Assembly (NCBI RefSeq): GCF_006345805.1
Contig: NC_043003.1
Location: 40,300,001-40,364,000 of the forward strand
DNA from: Octopus sinensis
Taxonomy: Eukaryota
Direction: 5' to 3'
DNA: 64,000 bases
Notes under the pieces: model-generated
What the model was told of the DNA's origin: nothing
Databases searched by the model: none
Seen by the model: the letters and a program-made list of their open reading frames with translations, nothing else
Part shown: piece by piece, positions 27,481 to 41,055 of the stretch
How positions within the stretch are numbered: the stretch's first letter is position 1
How the letters are laid out: every line of letters starts with the position of its first letter
Made by a program: the position numbers and the translations under genes

Positions 27481-27989
27481 ACCCGTCCTACCTAATACTT
27501 GGAAATATATATTTTTGTTTACAAATTTAACTGGTTGTACCGCCTTTCTATCTCCATTTTGAAAAGAGGTTATATTAGAAATCGACGAACCGTCTATAAG
27601 GCGAAGTGCTTTATGAATGCGAAACCTATGTCTCACAGCTATTTAAAATTTTCTTTGGACGTAAATATATGAAAAATATACAAAATAAACCCTCTAAAGC
27701 AGAACAAATATTCCGCAACATAACAGACGAAACCCGGGAGCCTCAGCAAAATGATTCAACCTATTAAGAATAACATCCATCTCTTTTCCCTAATTCTATT
27801 CTATTATTTGAAGAATAGAAAAGAGACACAATTCTAACTACACCTTACTTGAAAACACAAAGCATGATGGGATGGTCACGGATGAAAAGGTTTTAACGTT
27901 AGTAAGCATTCCACAAACAGGTGTTCTGGTAAAATCAGCTTGAGATAGTGTTTGAAAATGCTGACCTCTTGAAATCCAGATCTACCTAA

Positions 27990-28935
27990 TCGAAGTGGCT
28001 TCAACACTGGCTGCCAGTATCAATTCTGTTCGAATTGATTTCATATTCAGTGTAATGGTACACTTTTATTGGCTAATGAACGACGTGAAAATCATTTTCG
28101 TTATAAATCAATAAATAAAGAGTTATTAGCAATTCAAGTTGGAAAATTTTGGTAATTTTAGCCAATCGTAAGCAACAGACATTCATGCCTGTTTCCATAA
28201 CAAGCAGAACATGAGAATCATTTTGCCTGCGAGAAGGCACATGTTGTCAAATATATTGAAACCGCTTGTTTTACATATCTGTTGAAAATTGTACATATGA
28301 ATTTATGCTGCGCAGGAGATATGAAAATTATGATTTGTTCGAGAAATTGATTGAATGCATTTAAAACTTTCGTTTTCAATGAACTGGTCAACAAAATGTT
28401 TTATTTTAAAAAAATATTTAATTTGGAATGTGCTATTTTGTATTTAGATAAATTTTTTAAGTTCGTGCTATCGCATTGAATGTATATTGAATGCTTAAAA
28501 CTACAAAAGACATGTAGTTTACTCTTCTTTTTGTTGTTTACCCGAAAGATGGTATCCACACTCAATAAGTGGACCTCTGAGAAGCGAAATAACGTTTTTT
28601 TTTTATTTTTAGATAATTCTTTGAAGTTCGTGCTATCGCATTAAATGCATATTGAATGCTTCAAACTACAAAACACGTGTTGTTTACAAATATTGACAAC
28701 ACATGCTATTTTCAGGATGTTGACGACAAAATGTGCAGTCACGCACATAATGACAGCTTCCAAATCCTGTTTTCTGGCTGGGTGGAAATGATCGAACTTT
28801 AAGCCTCTATAACATTTTAAAAATATGTTTTCTGGAAAAAGTGAAATAACTCCTGTAATTCAGCTTGGAAAAGTATATTATTGTGCCAAAATTAAAAATT
28901 TTCTATAAACTTGAATTTTTGAAATGCTTGCAGCC
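27990..28935. mobile_element. Unclassified non-autonomous DNA-element family, copy 1
   Basis: Colinear with 32470-33172 (ttctgttcga.ttgatttcatattc...cttccaaatcctgttttctg.ctgggtg...gcagccaa); internal ~167-bp direct duplication at 28440-28690. Confidence 0.6.
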
Positions 28936-29013
28936 AATCCAACTAGATATTCGTGTTTTCACTCATATGGCTGGGTCGACTCGAGGACCCATTTTAACCA
29001 CTTGGCTATATGC

Positions 29014-29062
<49 letters not shown>

Positions 29063-29067
<5 letters not shown>

Positions 29068-29283
29068 AGAGTTTACGAAAAAACAAAAACAAAAACAAAA
29101 GACAGAGACAGGTGGTGTACAAAACAAACAGATGTATTAGTATAACGCTCAGGAAGGAATAGAAAAAGTATTTTACGTTTCGAGCCTACGCTTTTCTACA
29201 GAAAGGGACACAGTAAAAACAAGGAGAGAAACAAGGAGAGAAAAAAATGTGTGTAGTGGCTAACGATCTACCGTGGCGACTAT
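29063..29283 (-). mobile_element. Penelope-like 3' end
   Basis: Reverse complement of the 22317 unit, flanked by (TA)n. Confidence 0.65.
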
Positions 29284-29291
29284 ATATATAT

Positions 29292-29505
29292 ATAGGCGCT
29301 GGAGTGGCTGTGTGGTAAACAACTTGCTTACGAACCACATGGTTCCGGGTTCAGTCCCACAGCGTGCTACCTTGGGCAAGTGTCTTCTACTATAGCCTTC
29401 TACTATAGAATAAGTACTAGGCTTACAAAGAATAAGTCCTGGGCTCGATTTGCTCGACTAAAGGCCGCAGTCAAATAACTGAAACAAGTAAAAGAGTAAA
29501 AAGAG
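29292..29505 (+). mobile_element. SINE family A, internally deleted
   Basis: Head to ctactatagc joined to tagaataagtactagg and tail. Confidence 0.85.
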
Positions 29506-29964
29506 AACACACACACACACACACACACACAAATAGCAAATAGAGGTCTTTACTGATTTTGTTGATAGGTTTTCTGCTGTTCGATGAACTTAACTATTTT
29601 CGTATTCAATTAACGCGTGATGAGTATTTCGCGGACAGTTGCGCCCTTAATTCGATCTTTAGATAGTATCGGCATAAATAGTGTGTGTGACGAGGTTGAT
29701 CGCTGTAATTACGGATACATTCTATACAGCTGTTTTTTTTTTACATGATTTTTGTGTAATATCTCGATCATGGTTTACGTCGACCCTGGCAAAGAACATT
29801 TTCCCGAGCTGTTAGGCGGTGTGATTGAATACGAGACCTCTTGATTGTGAAGAGCAAACTTCTTAACTACTCGGCCATGTTTACGTCCACATAAACACAC
29901 GCACACACACACACGCATGCACACACACACACGCATGCACACACACACTCTATCTCTCTCATAT

Positions 29965-30000
29965 ACACCATGTATGTATGTATGTATGTATGTATGTATG

Positions 30001-30045
<45 letters not shown>

Positions 30046-30068
30046 GCCTGTCTGCCTGCCTCCACACG

Positions 30069-30143
<75 letters not shown>

Positions 30144-30188
30144 ATCTATCTATCTGTCTGTCTATCTGTCTGTCTGTCTATCTGTCTA

Positions 30189-30225
<37 letters not shown>

Positions 30226-30261
30226 ATACCTATAAACTATCTGTCTGTCTGCCTATCTGTC

Positions 30262-30307
<46 letters not shown>

Positions 30308-30321
30308 CTATCTATCTATCT

Positions 30322-30354
<33 letters not shown>

Positions 30355-30475
30355 ATCTATCTATCTGTCTGTCTATCTGTCTGTCTGTCTATCTGTCTAT
30401 CTGTTTGTCTGTCTGTCTGTCTGTCGTCTGTCTGTCTATATACCTATAAACTATCTGTCTGTCTGCCTATCTGTC

Positions 30476-30540
<65 letters not shown>

Positions 30541-30545
30541 GATCT
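29965..30545. repeat. (TATG)/(TATC)/(TGTC)n compound microsatellite with ~213-bp higher-order duplication
   Basis: ctatatacctataaactatctgtctgtctgcctatctgtcttatc occurs at ~30221 and ~30435. Confidence 0.9.
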
Positions 30546-30808
30546 ATGTATCGCACACATATACAGGCACAAACGTACAAACACGCACACATAAGCACAA
30601 ACATCAATAATATGCACACAGAATATAGAGAACTCTTTAAAAAATATCCAAAATAAACCCTACAAAAAACTACAGTTGTATATCGATTTTCTGTAAGAAT
30701 ATATAGATTTCGATTTTGCTATAAACAATCCGGTATGGCGTGTAAAACCCCCTACCCCGCCGCCCCCTTCAAAACGATCTTAAAAAAAGCCCCTGAAGTA
30801 GCAAAAGA

Positions 30809-30869
<61 letters not shown>

Positions 30870-31776
30870 GTTGCATGAATGACATGTCATTGACAACAGT
30901 GTGACACCAGCGGGTCAAATCTTGGTTAAGAAAGCGCTGCCAATGTCGACATATACTTGGTTGTGAGCCAAGGGCAGTTGAGAGAAACAACAATTGGTTT
31001 ATGGCCAACATAGACTCGGTGGAGAGAAGGTTGTGGTGTTGATGTTGATGTTGACGATAGTGGTGGTGGTTGTGGTGGTGGGTGCTGGTGCTGGTATTGG
31101 CGGCGGTAATGTTGGTAGTGGTGGTGGTGGTGGTGAAGGTAGTAAGCGTCATAACGGTTGGTGATTATCGTAGTGAGTGTGGTGTTGGCAATAATGATGT
31201 CGGCGGTTGAGGAGTTGGTGATTGTGATGATGGTGGTAGCGGTGGTGGTATAAGGGGTGGTTGTAGGAGGAGTGATAGTAGTGATTGCAGTGTTAGCGGT
31301 GGTAGTGATGATATTGATGGTGTTGATGATTATAACAGTGTTAGTGGTGCACAGCGATAGTTACTTTTGTTTGGCCCAAGACCATCCCTGATCGGAGAGT
31401 TCTATACCTCACGCATTCCGGCCGTGACCAACATGTTTTTTTTTTGTACGTCAAGCAATTATTACATTGGCTAAAGTTTCCTCTCTTTTTAAAGACGGTA
31501 GGGTACGATCCGAAGGATTATGATTGCTATTTCTAGCAAATCGATTGACCGCATAGAGCCTCCATCGTTAGGGTGTTGATAGGGGAAATACTTGTCAAGA
31601 TGGTAGGGGTGCTAGCGGAAATGAGGGTGTTGGTGAGATAGCGGTGGTAGTGTTGATGCGGTAGAGAAGTGGTGGTGTTGGCGGTACAACAATTTCTTCA
31701 TCTACAGAGATAATCAACAAAAGCATTTAGGATGATAGCGCCATCTCTTTATATGTCTGCGCGGGTGTTTGTACGC

Positions 31777-31814
<38 letters not shown>

Positions 31815-32469
31815 TGTGTGTGTGTGTGTATGTGTGTTTGTATGTGCGATTCCAGTCTGTGGGCGTCTTGTGTTGTTGGCGACAAAAAATATACACATTT
31901 AAATACACAGACACACACATATCTGCATATTGCATACGTACATATGTGAGCGTGTGTGTATGTGTGTGTAAATGCACACACACACACACACACATATATA
32001 CTTACATATAAGAGAACAAAATGTACGTACGCCGCTATATATATATTATATATATATATATATATATAAACATATCAAAGGGAAATGGAATTTAATTAAA
32101 ATTAAAAACATTCAATTAAAATTTACATTTCCAGTGGTCTAACGCGTAAAAAAATTTTAGTCAAAAAGACTATATATTAGTCATACGATATAGTGTATAT
32201 TTAAATACATAGAGAATTCACTTACAGGGATTCTACGCATTACAAAGAACAGCTAAGTTCTATGACCACAAAAAATTCGGGATAAAATTCGACAGGAATA
32301 AATTTGGAAATGAAAAACATTTACCATCTCTTTCTGTTGAAACTTGGTACTTATTCTATCGGTCTCTTCTTCCAGACCGTTAATTGATAGAGACATAAAA
32401 AAACCCATAATGGTTGTTAAGCAGTGAGAGGACAAACACAAGATCTTTTCTGTTTGGGTTCCAATTTTA

Positions 32470-33172
32470 AATCTCTTCAATTTCTGTTCGAGTTGATTTC
32501 ATATTCGGTGTAATGATGTAGTTTTATATGCTAATCAATGCCATGAAATTCATTTTCACCATAAACCAATAAATAAAGTTATTAGCTTTTAAAGTTTTCA
32601 AATTTTGAGTAATTTTAGGCAATCGTAAGCCACATTCATGCCTGTTTCCATAGTAGCAAAAACCAAACATGAACATTCTTTTGTCTGCGTGATAGCACGT
32701 GTTGACAAATATATTCTACGCGAAAGCATGTGCATCGACGTTGTGTTCTGTTGCTTGTGCCCATCTGCTGTTTGCACTCAGGTCAAGAGATGTGCTAAAA
32801 ATTACAGCCAAATAGGACAATTAGGAATATTTTTAGAGGTTTTTGCATAATGGTACGAATTCCCGACTGTAGAATACAAATTTTCTGAAAATTCCCCCCC
32901 AAAATGAAAAAGTTACGAGACGTCATATGCCGTGCATAAAGCAGAAGCTGATTTATTTTCTGTTTCACACACAAAATGATAGCTTCCAAATCCTGTTTTC
33001 TGACTGGGTGAAAATTATCAAATTTTAAACCTCCATAACGTTAAAAAAATTTTTTCTGGCAAAAGTGAAATATCTCCTTGATATTCAGCTTGGAAAACAA
33101 CATTAATACATTAAAGAAATTTAAAATTTTCAATAAACTTCGAAATTTTCACAGCTGCAGCCAAACAGAAAA
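32470..33172. mobile_element. Unclassified non-autonomous DNA-element family, copy 2
   Basis: See 27990-28935; a related left part also occurs at ~38190-38450. Confidence 0.6.
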
Positions 33173-33500
33173 GATCCCAAGCAAACACACACACACACAC
33201 ACACACGACCGGCTTCTTGCAGTGTCTGTCTGCGAAATCCACTGACAAGTCTTTTGTTCACCTAGGGCTATAGCAGAAGACACTTGACCACATGGAAAAT
33301 AACAGATTTCAGTTTTGTTCTGTATTGTAAAACAAAGCTGGAGCAAGGCCCTGGAGGGGTAATTAATAGATGTTATTGCCAAGAATTTCTGTCAGACGAA
33401 TCCAAGAATCTAAAGACAAAATCTTCAATGATGCTTTGAGCTAATTATAAATTTGTGTATTTTCTGTGCTTCTATATAATTAATTACGAGTGAATATCTA

Positions 33501-33790
33501 TTGGGTTGACCGGAAAGTTCGTGCCGATTTTTAAAGGAAAGAAAAAGGTCAATAAATACTTGCCATTACATTTTTAATCAACCAAATATGAACCATTTTG
33601 TTACACAATGCGTCCCCATCTTTCCTTTAACTTGAAAATACCCTCTTCCCAGAAGTGAGGTGGTTTCATGGCAAAGATTTCATCAAGGTATCTTTTTACG
33701 TCATCCAAGGAATTGAAATTTTTACCATTAAAACTATTCTGCAGAGACCTGAATAAGTGGAAATCCGAAGGAGCAATATCTGGTGAATAA
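33501..33790 (-). mobile_element. mariner transposon 3' end (transposase C-terminus + TIR)
   Basis: YSPDIAPSDFHLFRSLQN...NGKNFNSLDDVKRYLDEIFAMKPPHFWEEGIFKLKERWGRIV*QNGSYLVD; TIR ttgggttgaccggaaagttcgtgccgattt after TA at 33499-33500. Confidence 0.9.
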
Positions 33791-34464
33791 GTATCTTTAA
33801 GTATTGGAAATAGTTTTAAAAAAGATTTTTTAGCTGCTATTTCTAATGAGTTCAGTATGCGGCAAAGTAATTTATTTTACTAAGCCCTTTTATATAATGT
33901 AATAATTTGAATTCGCCTTAAATGGTCCCTTTGCATACTGAATACTTGGTGAAATTGATTAATTAATTAATTTTACCCTCAATTGTTGAAATTATAATTC
34001 ATCTCTCTCTATTTAAATGCCTCGGATTTTACCGAAAAAAGCATAGTGTTTGCTGATTTTAACCCACGCTGGTGGAAAGGGGAGAGCAGAAATTCTTCGC
34101 TTGCATATTTGAGTTTGTTGGCACTGTTAGTTTCGAGCAGATCTTAAGAAGCGATAACAAGCCGAAAGGGTATGCTCCCACTTTCAGTGTTTTCAAATCC
34201 AAACCAGGGAGTTCTGAGCTGATGATAGAAGTGTCGATTTTGACTAATCTTGAAACGTACGTTCTCAAATAAACTTTGCATTTGATTTTTTAATGTCTCT
34301 ACCCCCATACTTTCGTGAGTTGAATTGAGCAAACAATATATGAGAGAGGTTTTCTTTAAGTATTGAAATAGTTTTAAAAAAGATTTTTTAGCTGCTATTT
34401 CTAATGAGTTCAGTATGCGGCAAAGTAATTTATTTTACTAAGCCCTTTTATATAATGTAATAAT

Positions 34465-34465
<1 letters not shown>
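33791..34465. repeat. Non-coding interspersed repeat in partial head-to-tail dimer (~560-bp period)
   Basis: ~33793-33905 is repeated almost exactly at ~34352-34465; motifs shared with the 44513-45691 unit. Confidence 0.7.
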
Positions 34466-34554
<89 letters not shown>

Positions 34555-34571
34555 GATTATATATATATATA

Positions 34572-34965
34572 ATCTTTTCTACTCTAGGCACAAGGACCGG
34601 AACTTTTGGGGAGTGTGGCCAGTCAATTAGATCGGCCCCGGTACACAACTAGTTCTTAATTTATCGACTCCGAAAGGATAAAAGGCAAAGTCGACCTCGG
34701 CGGAATTTCAACTCAGAACGTAAAAGCAGACGAAATACCTATTTCTTTAATACCCACAAGGAGCTAAACACAGAGAGGACAAAAAAGGACAGACAAACGG
34801 ATTAAGTCGACTATATCGACCCCAGTGCGTAACTGGTACTTATTTAATCGACCCCGAAAGAATGAAAGGCAAAGTCGACACCGGCGGAACTCGAACTCAG
34901 AACGCAGCGGCAGACGAAACACTGCAAAGCATTTCGCCCGGCGTGCTGACGTTCCTGCCATCTCA
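34572..34965 (-). mobile_element. SINE family B dimer
   Basis: Two cores joined at gacgaaatac|ctatttcttt. Confidence 0.9.
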
Positions 34966-35031
34966 CTGCCTTACGTAGGAATACATATTAACCGATATAT
35001 ATTATCCGTCCATTCTTTATAAAACAGGATG

Positions 35032-35416
35032 TGGAGGCGCAATGGCCCAGTGGTTAGGGCAGCGGACTCGCGGTCGTAGGATCGCGGTTTCGATTCTCAG
35101 ACTGGGCGTTGTGAGTGTTTATTGAGCGAAAACACCTAAAGTTCCACGAGCCTCCAGCAGGGATAGTGGTGATCCCTGCTGTACTCTTTCACCACAACTT
35201 TCTCTCACTCTTACTTCCTGTTTCTGTTGTACCTGTACTTCAAAGGGCCGGCCTTGTCACTCTCTGTGTCACGCTGAATATCCCTGAGAACTACGTTAAT
35301 GGTACACGTGTCTGTGGAGTGCTCAGCCACTTATACGTTAATTTCACGAGCAGGCTGTTCCGTTGATCGGATCAACCGGAACCCTCATCGTCGTAACCGA
35401 CGGAGTGCTTCTATCC
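35032..35416 (+). mobile_element. tRNA(Arg)-like SINE family C, full length, 13-bp TSD
   Basis: A box tggcccagtgg, B-box-like ggtttcgattc; ataaaacaggatg at 35019-35031 and 35417-35429. Confidence 0.92.
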
Positions 35417-35929
35417 ATAAAACAGGATGGTGTACAAGGGGAATTTGGTTGCAATTTCTAGCCAATCATACCACCTAGTAGAGACTCCCAAACACCGCAA
35501 TACTGTAGCAGTAGAAGTTGTAGTAGATATTTTTAACAACGACCACCTGTTCAACTACCCATTGCTACTCTTTCCCCTCTCTGTAAAACACTTCCTAAAT
35601 TCTTCAAACTGACATCCGACATGTTTTTACAATTGTTATTTTTTGTACTTCTAAAAATTTTATTTTATTTTATGTAGTCATTTAGCAAAAATAATAAAAA
35701 AGCCTATTTTATCAACTCCTCCTTCACCTCCTCTTTCTTTAAATGCTGTTTAAAATGTTTGTTATTATGTTCAATGCTTTTCTATGTTTTTTTTTTGTTA
35801 AAAACTGGTTTCTTTATTTCTTTATTTCTTTATTTCTTTATTTCTTTATTTCTTTATTCCCTTTTTTTATAACTGTATCCATGTCTTTTTTTAATCTTTT
35901 TTACATTAGAGCAGTTTTAGACAACCTTG

Positions 35930-36320
35930 CCACACCACCATCACCACCACCACCTACACCACCACCATAGGCCACCACCACCACCACCACCACCGTCCAC
36001 AGCCATCACCACTAACAACAACAATAATAACAGCAATGACAGCAATGGCAACAACAAAAACAACAACAGCAACAACAACAACAACAACATCGACATTGAC
36101 AACAATAACAAGACCAATATTAACAACATGAACATCATCAACAGAAAAACACTTAGAACAATGACGAGGACAACAACAACAGCATGAACGACAATAACAA
36201 CAACAATAACAATTATAGTTTTTAACAGTTACTGCTATATATATTAAAAAAATGATATATAAAAAAAACCTCAATTATGACGGCGACTGGAAACAAGATG
36301 AGTACGACGACAACGGTCGC

Positions 36321-36354
<34 letters not shown>

Positions 36355-36494
36355 GTGGTGATGATGATGATGATGATGATGATGACGATGATGATGATGA
36401 TCATGATGGTGGTGGTGGTGGTGGTGACGGTGGCAGCGGAGACTGTGATATGTTGCTTCTTCAGATACTGTTGTTGTTGCTGCTGCTACTGATA

Positions 36495-36542
<48 letters not shown>

Positions 36543-37010
36543 GTGGTGGTGATGGTTATGATGATGATGATGATGATGATGATTATGGTGGTGATAGTGG
36601 CGGCGGCGGTGGTTGATGAGGATTATGAGGATGATGAGGATGACGACTAAGATGAGGATGATAGCGGTCACGGTGTTAATAATGATGATGCTGATGTTGG
36701 ACGCAATGGTGGTAGTAGTGGTAGTGATAATGATAATGATGGTGATGATGATGATGATGCTTTTGTTATTGTGAGTGGTGGTAGTGGTGGTGGTGCTAGT
36801 GTTGTAGATGTTTCTTTTTTTTACATTATTGACTTTATTGCTGCCACTGTTTTTGTTACACGCTGTCATCCTCCACATCCTCCTCATCATCATTATCATC
36901 AGCATAATCGTTATCGTCATCTTCCTCTTCCTCCTCCTCCTCCTCCTTCTCCTCCTCATCATCATCAACAATAACAACCACAGCAACAACAACATCAGCA
37001 CTGCGACATA
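35930..37010. repeat. (CAC)/(CAA)/(GAT)/(GGT)/(CAT) trinucleotide field
   Basis: Direct reading. Confidence 0.9.
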
Positions 37011-37529
37011 TGTCGAAGCATAGTTGATGGAATGTGACAAATGTATTGTCTTCTAAACCGTTAAAGGAAACAACGTCCACAGCGAAGACACACATCTAAA
37101 TGGGCGCCATGTTTATTTAATGATGTGTAGCTTCATTCGTCAGAATAGAACAAAGGAGATAGAAAAAAAGAAAGAGAAGGAGCAAAGGAGAGAGAGAGAA
37201 AGAAAGAAAGAAAGAGACAGAGCGAGAGAGAATGAGAGTAATATTCCGTCTCAATTTGCCTTTGGTTTGCAGTGGCAAAGAGAGTTTGAGGCTATTTCAA
37301 TTCATTTCATTAACTGTTCTTATTGTATAAAATGTTTAAAATGCAAAACAAGAAACAAAGAAACAAAAAAGACGACAGCAAACAAAAAGTCTCTGATGAA
37401 CAGCTTCCGTCTGAAACGCAAGACCCTACTCCATCTCAAAAACGTACAAACACACATAATCACACATACACACACAATCATATGCATACACAAATAACTC
37501 TCTTGGTTTTGTTTCCAATTTGTACTAAC

Positions 37530-37627
37530 CTTGAGGGTGAGGAACTTGTTCTCAGATCTGGTGACCTCGTCCACTTTTAGTAGAAGTGTGTGAGAATAGA
37601 GCCGAGTTTAACACTTGGAACGATATT
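37530..37627 (-). other. Candidate spliced exon (98 nt), coding status unresolved
   Basis: Unique sequence with acceptor ttcttcttcacgttacag| and donor aag|gttagt, but all three frames contain a stop. Confidence 0.3.
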
Positions 37628-39866
37628 CTGTAACGTGAAGAAGAATCTGTACTGTTGAAGTTAATACAACCAACATCTGTCACGAGCTTGTCTTAACATA
37701 GTTAATAAAAACTGGTTTCGTCTGATTGTGATCCATAACTTATTGAGATAACTAGGGAACGGCGAGGAAGCACATGGCTCTTTGAAAAATCATTGTCACC
37801 GTACAAAACAATGGTGCCAGCGTCCTTTTTAGGCTCAACTAATATGTTTTTCAAGCGCACGTCCCTGTTTTCTTTTTTCTTACTAATATATAATCAGAGT
37901 GGATTCTTTGCGTTATTCGTTCTGGCCCTTTGTCTTCTGAGCTCAAATCGCGCTGTAGCCTATTTAGCGGGTAGACTTAATCCGTCACTCAGTTTAACAC
38001 TATCACCTGAGAACTTGGGTGCTTTTAGCAAAGTCCACCGAATTGCAAGGATTCTGGCTAGATCTTCGGTTTGAGGACACCTTTCTGTCTTCCTCGCATT
38101 AGTAAAAAGTGAAGGGAACTTTCTTGCTGAACAACCTACACAAATAATTTGTCGGAATTTTGTGGTTTTCGTCACTGTTTACAATTTTATTCCAATTGTT
38201 TTCAAATTTGGTATATGGATTAGGTTTTGTATACTAATTATGAAAATGAAATTAATTTTTCCTATAAATCCATTATTAAAAAGTTATTAGCCTTTAAAAT
38301 TTACAAAATTTGGGTATTTTAGTCAATCAGAAGCGAGTATGTTACACATCACCATGGCGAAGAACTCTGTTTCCATAGTAACCAAAGCAAAGAGGTACCA
38401 CGGGTTCCATAGCTGATTGCGAAGAACTCTGTTTTCATAGTAACCAAAGATGCTGCGCATACGCACAAGGAGTGCAGGAAACAAACGCCGGTGTGGAACA
38501 CATAGTTCCATGGTTGATTCTAATCTTTGTGAATTTATGTGGAGAAGGAGATACGAGAAAGACAATTTATTTTATAAAATCCTAGAGTGTATTGCAAACT
38601 TTCGTTCTTGAATTTTTTAAACTAATAAATGTCTGCTTTAAACTATGTTTTGACTGTTATTTCTAGTAACTCGTGTTGGATTGTTCGTAGCTTTTAATTA
38701 TTTAATTTACTCGCATATGTTTTCATGTTTTTCACTCTTTACTGTAACATGCCGATGTCACCTGCCCCTGATGATGGAAGAGGCAGCGAACGCGCTGTTT
38801 TCTGATTGGCTGAAAATTCTGAAAATTATTCAATTTTGAACACATGTAAAACTTTTGCAAAATTTTTCTGGAATAAAAAACAAATTCGAATTCAGCATCA
38901 AAAATTACATCTATATGATACATTAAAGAATTCTTTTAAAGAATTTTTAAGCAGTGACGAAAACCACAAAGATCCAATTTGTATATAGTGATCAAATGTA
39001 TGTGCTGTATTAAGTCACATGCTCCATCAAATCGAAAAGGTGCACAGAGTACCACATGTCAGGTGTTGAAGTGATGGTAGAGCAACGTGAGATGAAGTGT
39101 TTTGCTCAAGAACACAATGTACTACCCAGACCAGGAATTGAAAACCCGATCTCACATGCAACGCCTAAACCACTAAGCTATGCACCGTCGCACCAACAGC
39201 ATATAATACATACAGGAATAATCCAAATAACATAAAGCATTACCGTATTTGATGGTAAAATGTCTCAGAATGTCTCAAAAAATCTCTCTAGTGATTTATG
39301 CGAAGTTACTTTAAATATTACATAATTCCACCTCCTACTCCAAATATGTGATGATGAAATTGTGGTTCGTCTTTTATGCCCGCATGTCTTCTGCTCCACC
39401 CAATGCAGTGTTTTATTTAGACTTAGCCAAAATTATCTTTAAAGAAAGAATGTTTCATTATCCTTGATATTTCATTAAGCACTCACTATTACCGAGTTCT
39501 TTAAAAGTTAATATAATTTAAGTCACAAGTTGAAAGACGAAAATAAATTTAACGCATGAATAATCGGCTTACATCACATTCTATTTCCTTGTTAGGAATT
39601 ATCGTTGGGTTTAATAAAATTATATTTCATTGTTACACACATACACAGCCATAAATATACATAACCTGTGACAAATATATGCGTACATCGCGCGCAATTT
39701 TGTCTGTTTTCACGCATCTTTGTTAACAGCAAACCAGCCGTATTTTCGCATTTCCCTAATATATTTATTGTGTATAAGTTTAGCATTAGTATGACATTTT
39801 TTTGTAAAGATTGTTATCTTGTCAATGGATAAATCCATTTAGTTTCTCGATTGGTTTCCCAACTGC

Positions 39867-40240
39867 ATGGTTTAGTCGCACTACGTGACACCTAGAGCAA
39901 GTGTTTTCTACTATAGTCTCGGGCCTACTAAAAGAAGCCTTGAGAGAGGAGTTGGTAGACGGAAACTGAAAGAAGCCTGTCGCATATATATTTATATCTA
40001 TATATGTGCATGTGAGTATGTGCTTGTGTTTGTCACCCACCACCGCTTGATAACCGGTGTTGGGGTGTTTACGTCCCCGTAACTTAGCCAGTGGGCAAAA
40101 TAGACCTACAGAATAAGTGTCAGGCTTAAAAAAATAAATCAGTATAGGGGTTGATTCGTTTGACTAAAATTCTTCGAGGTAGTGCCCCTGCATGACCACA
40201 GTCCAATTACTGAAACAAGCAAAGGACAGAAGATAAAAGA
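39867..40240 (+). mobile_element. SINE family A, diverged
   Basis: gcaagtgttttctactatagtctcggg...ggtagacggaaactgaaagaagcc...gactgaaacaag-type tail. Confidence 0.8.
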
Positions 40241-40664
40241 TGAACTCCTCCTTCAAAAGAAAAACAAAGCAAACTGGCGGTGCCCCAGCATGGCCACAGC
40301 TCATTAGCTGAAACTGGAAAAATCAAAATCAAAATCAAACTGAAAGAAACACCAGTTGGACCGTGTCTCCCACTCTTTCCTTTCTTCTCTAATCTGTATA
40401 AAATCACTACAGTTTGTTATATAATGCAATTATTGACCATTATCAGGACTACATTGCTAAGATTCTCTTAGCTGCTAGCTAGAGTCGCTATATGTATGTG
40501 TGTGTGTAAGTCATGTGCGGGACATCTTTTCGCCAAAATGCTACCGAGAAAAAGGGGAATACAAACCAATGTTGGAACTTTTATGTGCTCATCGACCTGC
40601 AAGAAATAGCAGCCAAATTATTCACAAATTGCATTAAATTGAATTCAATAAGGAAGAAAAATAA

Positions 40665-41055
40665 TGGTTTCAAATTTTGCCACAAGGGTAGCAACATTTT
40701 TTTTGGTAGGGATGAGTCGATTACATCGACCCTGTGTTCAACAGGTACTTATTTCATCGACCCTCGAAAGGATGAAAAGTAAAGTTGACCTCGGCGGAAA
40801 TTGAACTCAGAACGTTGCGACGGGCGAAATAGCTATTTCTTTACTACTCACAAGGGGCTAAACACAGAGAGGACAAACAAGGACAGACAAACGGATTAAG
40901 TCGATTATATCGACCCCAGTGCATAATTGGTACTTATTTAATCGACCCCGAAAGGATGAAAGGCAAAGTCGACCTCAGTGGAATTTGAACTCAAGCGAAA
41001 TACCGCTAAGCATTTCGCCCGGCGTGCTAACGTTTCTGCCAGCTCGCCGCCTTAG
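40665..41055 (-). mobile_element. SINE family B dimer
   Basis: Same junction as 34572-34965 (gcgaaatag|ctatttctttactac). Confidence 0.88.

Noticed and set aside
35032-35110. tRNA-Arg gene (also 26880-26953)
   Set aside because: It is the tRNA-derived head of a SINE: continuous with the SINE body, bounded by TSDs, and without a complete acceptor stem.
37390-37425. Hammerhead-like ctgatga...gaaac
   Set aside because: Stems II and III do not pair and there is no usable stem I; likely chance.
37530-37627. Reading this exon as the GH16 NIxPxVxSxRL...KYGRV segment
   Set aside because: NIVPSVK is suggestive, but continuing the match needs two frameshifts and passes a stop; not supportable without a search.
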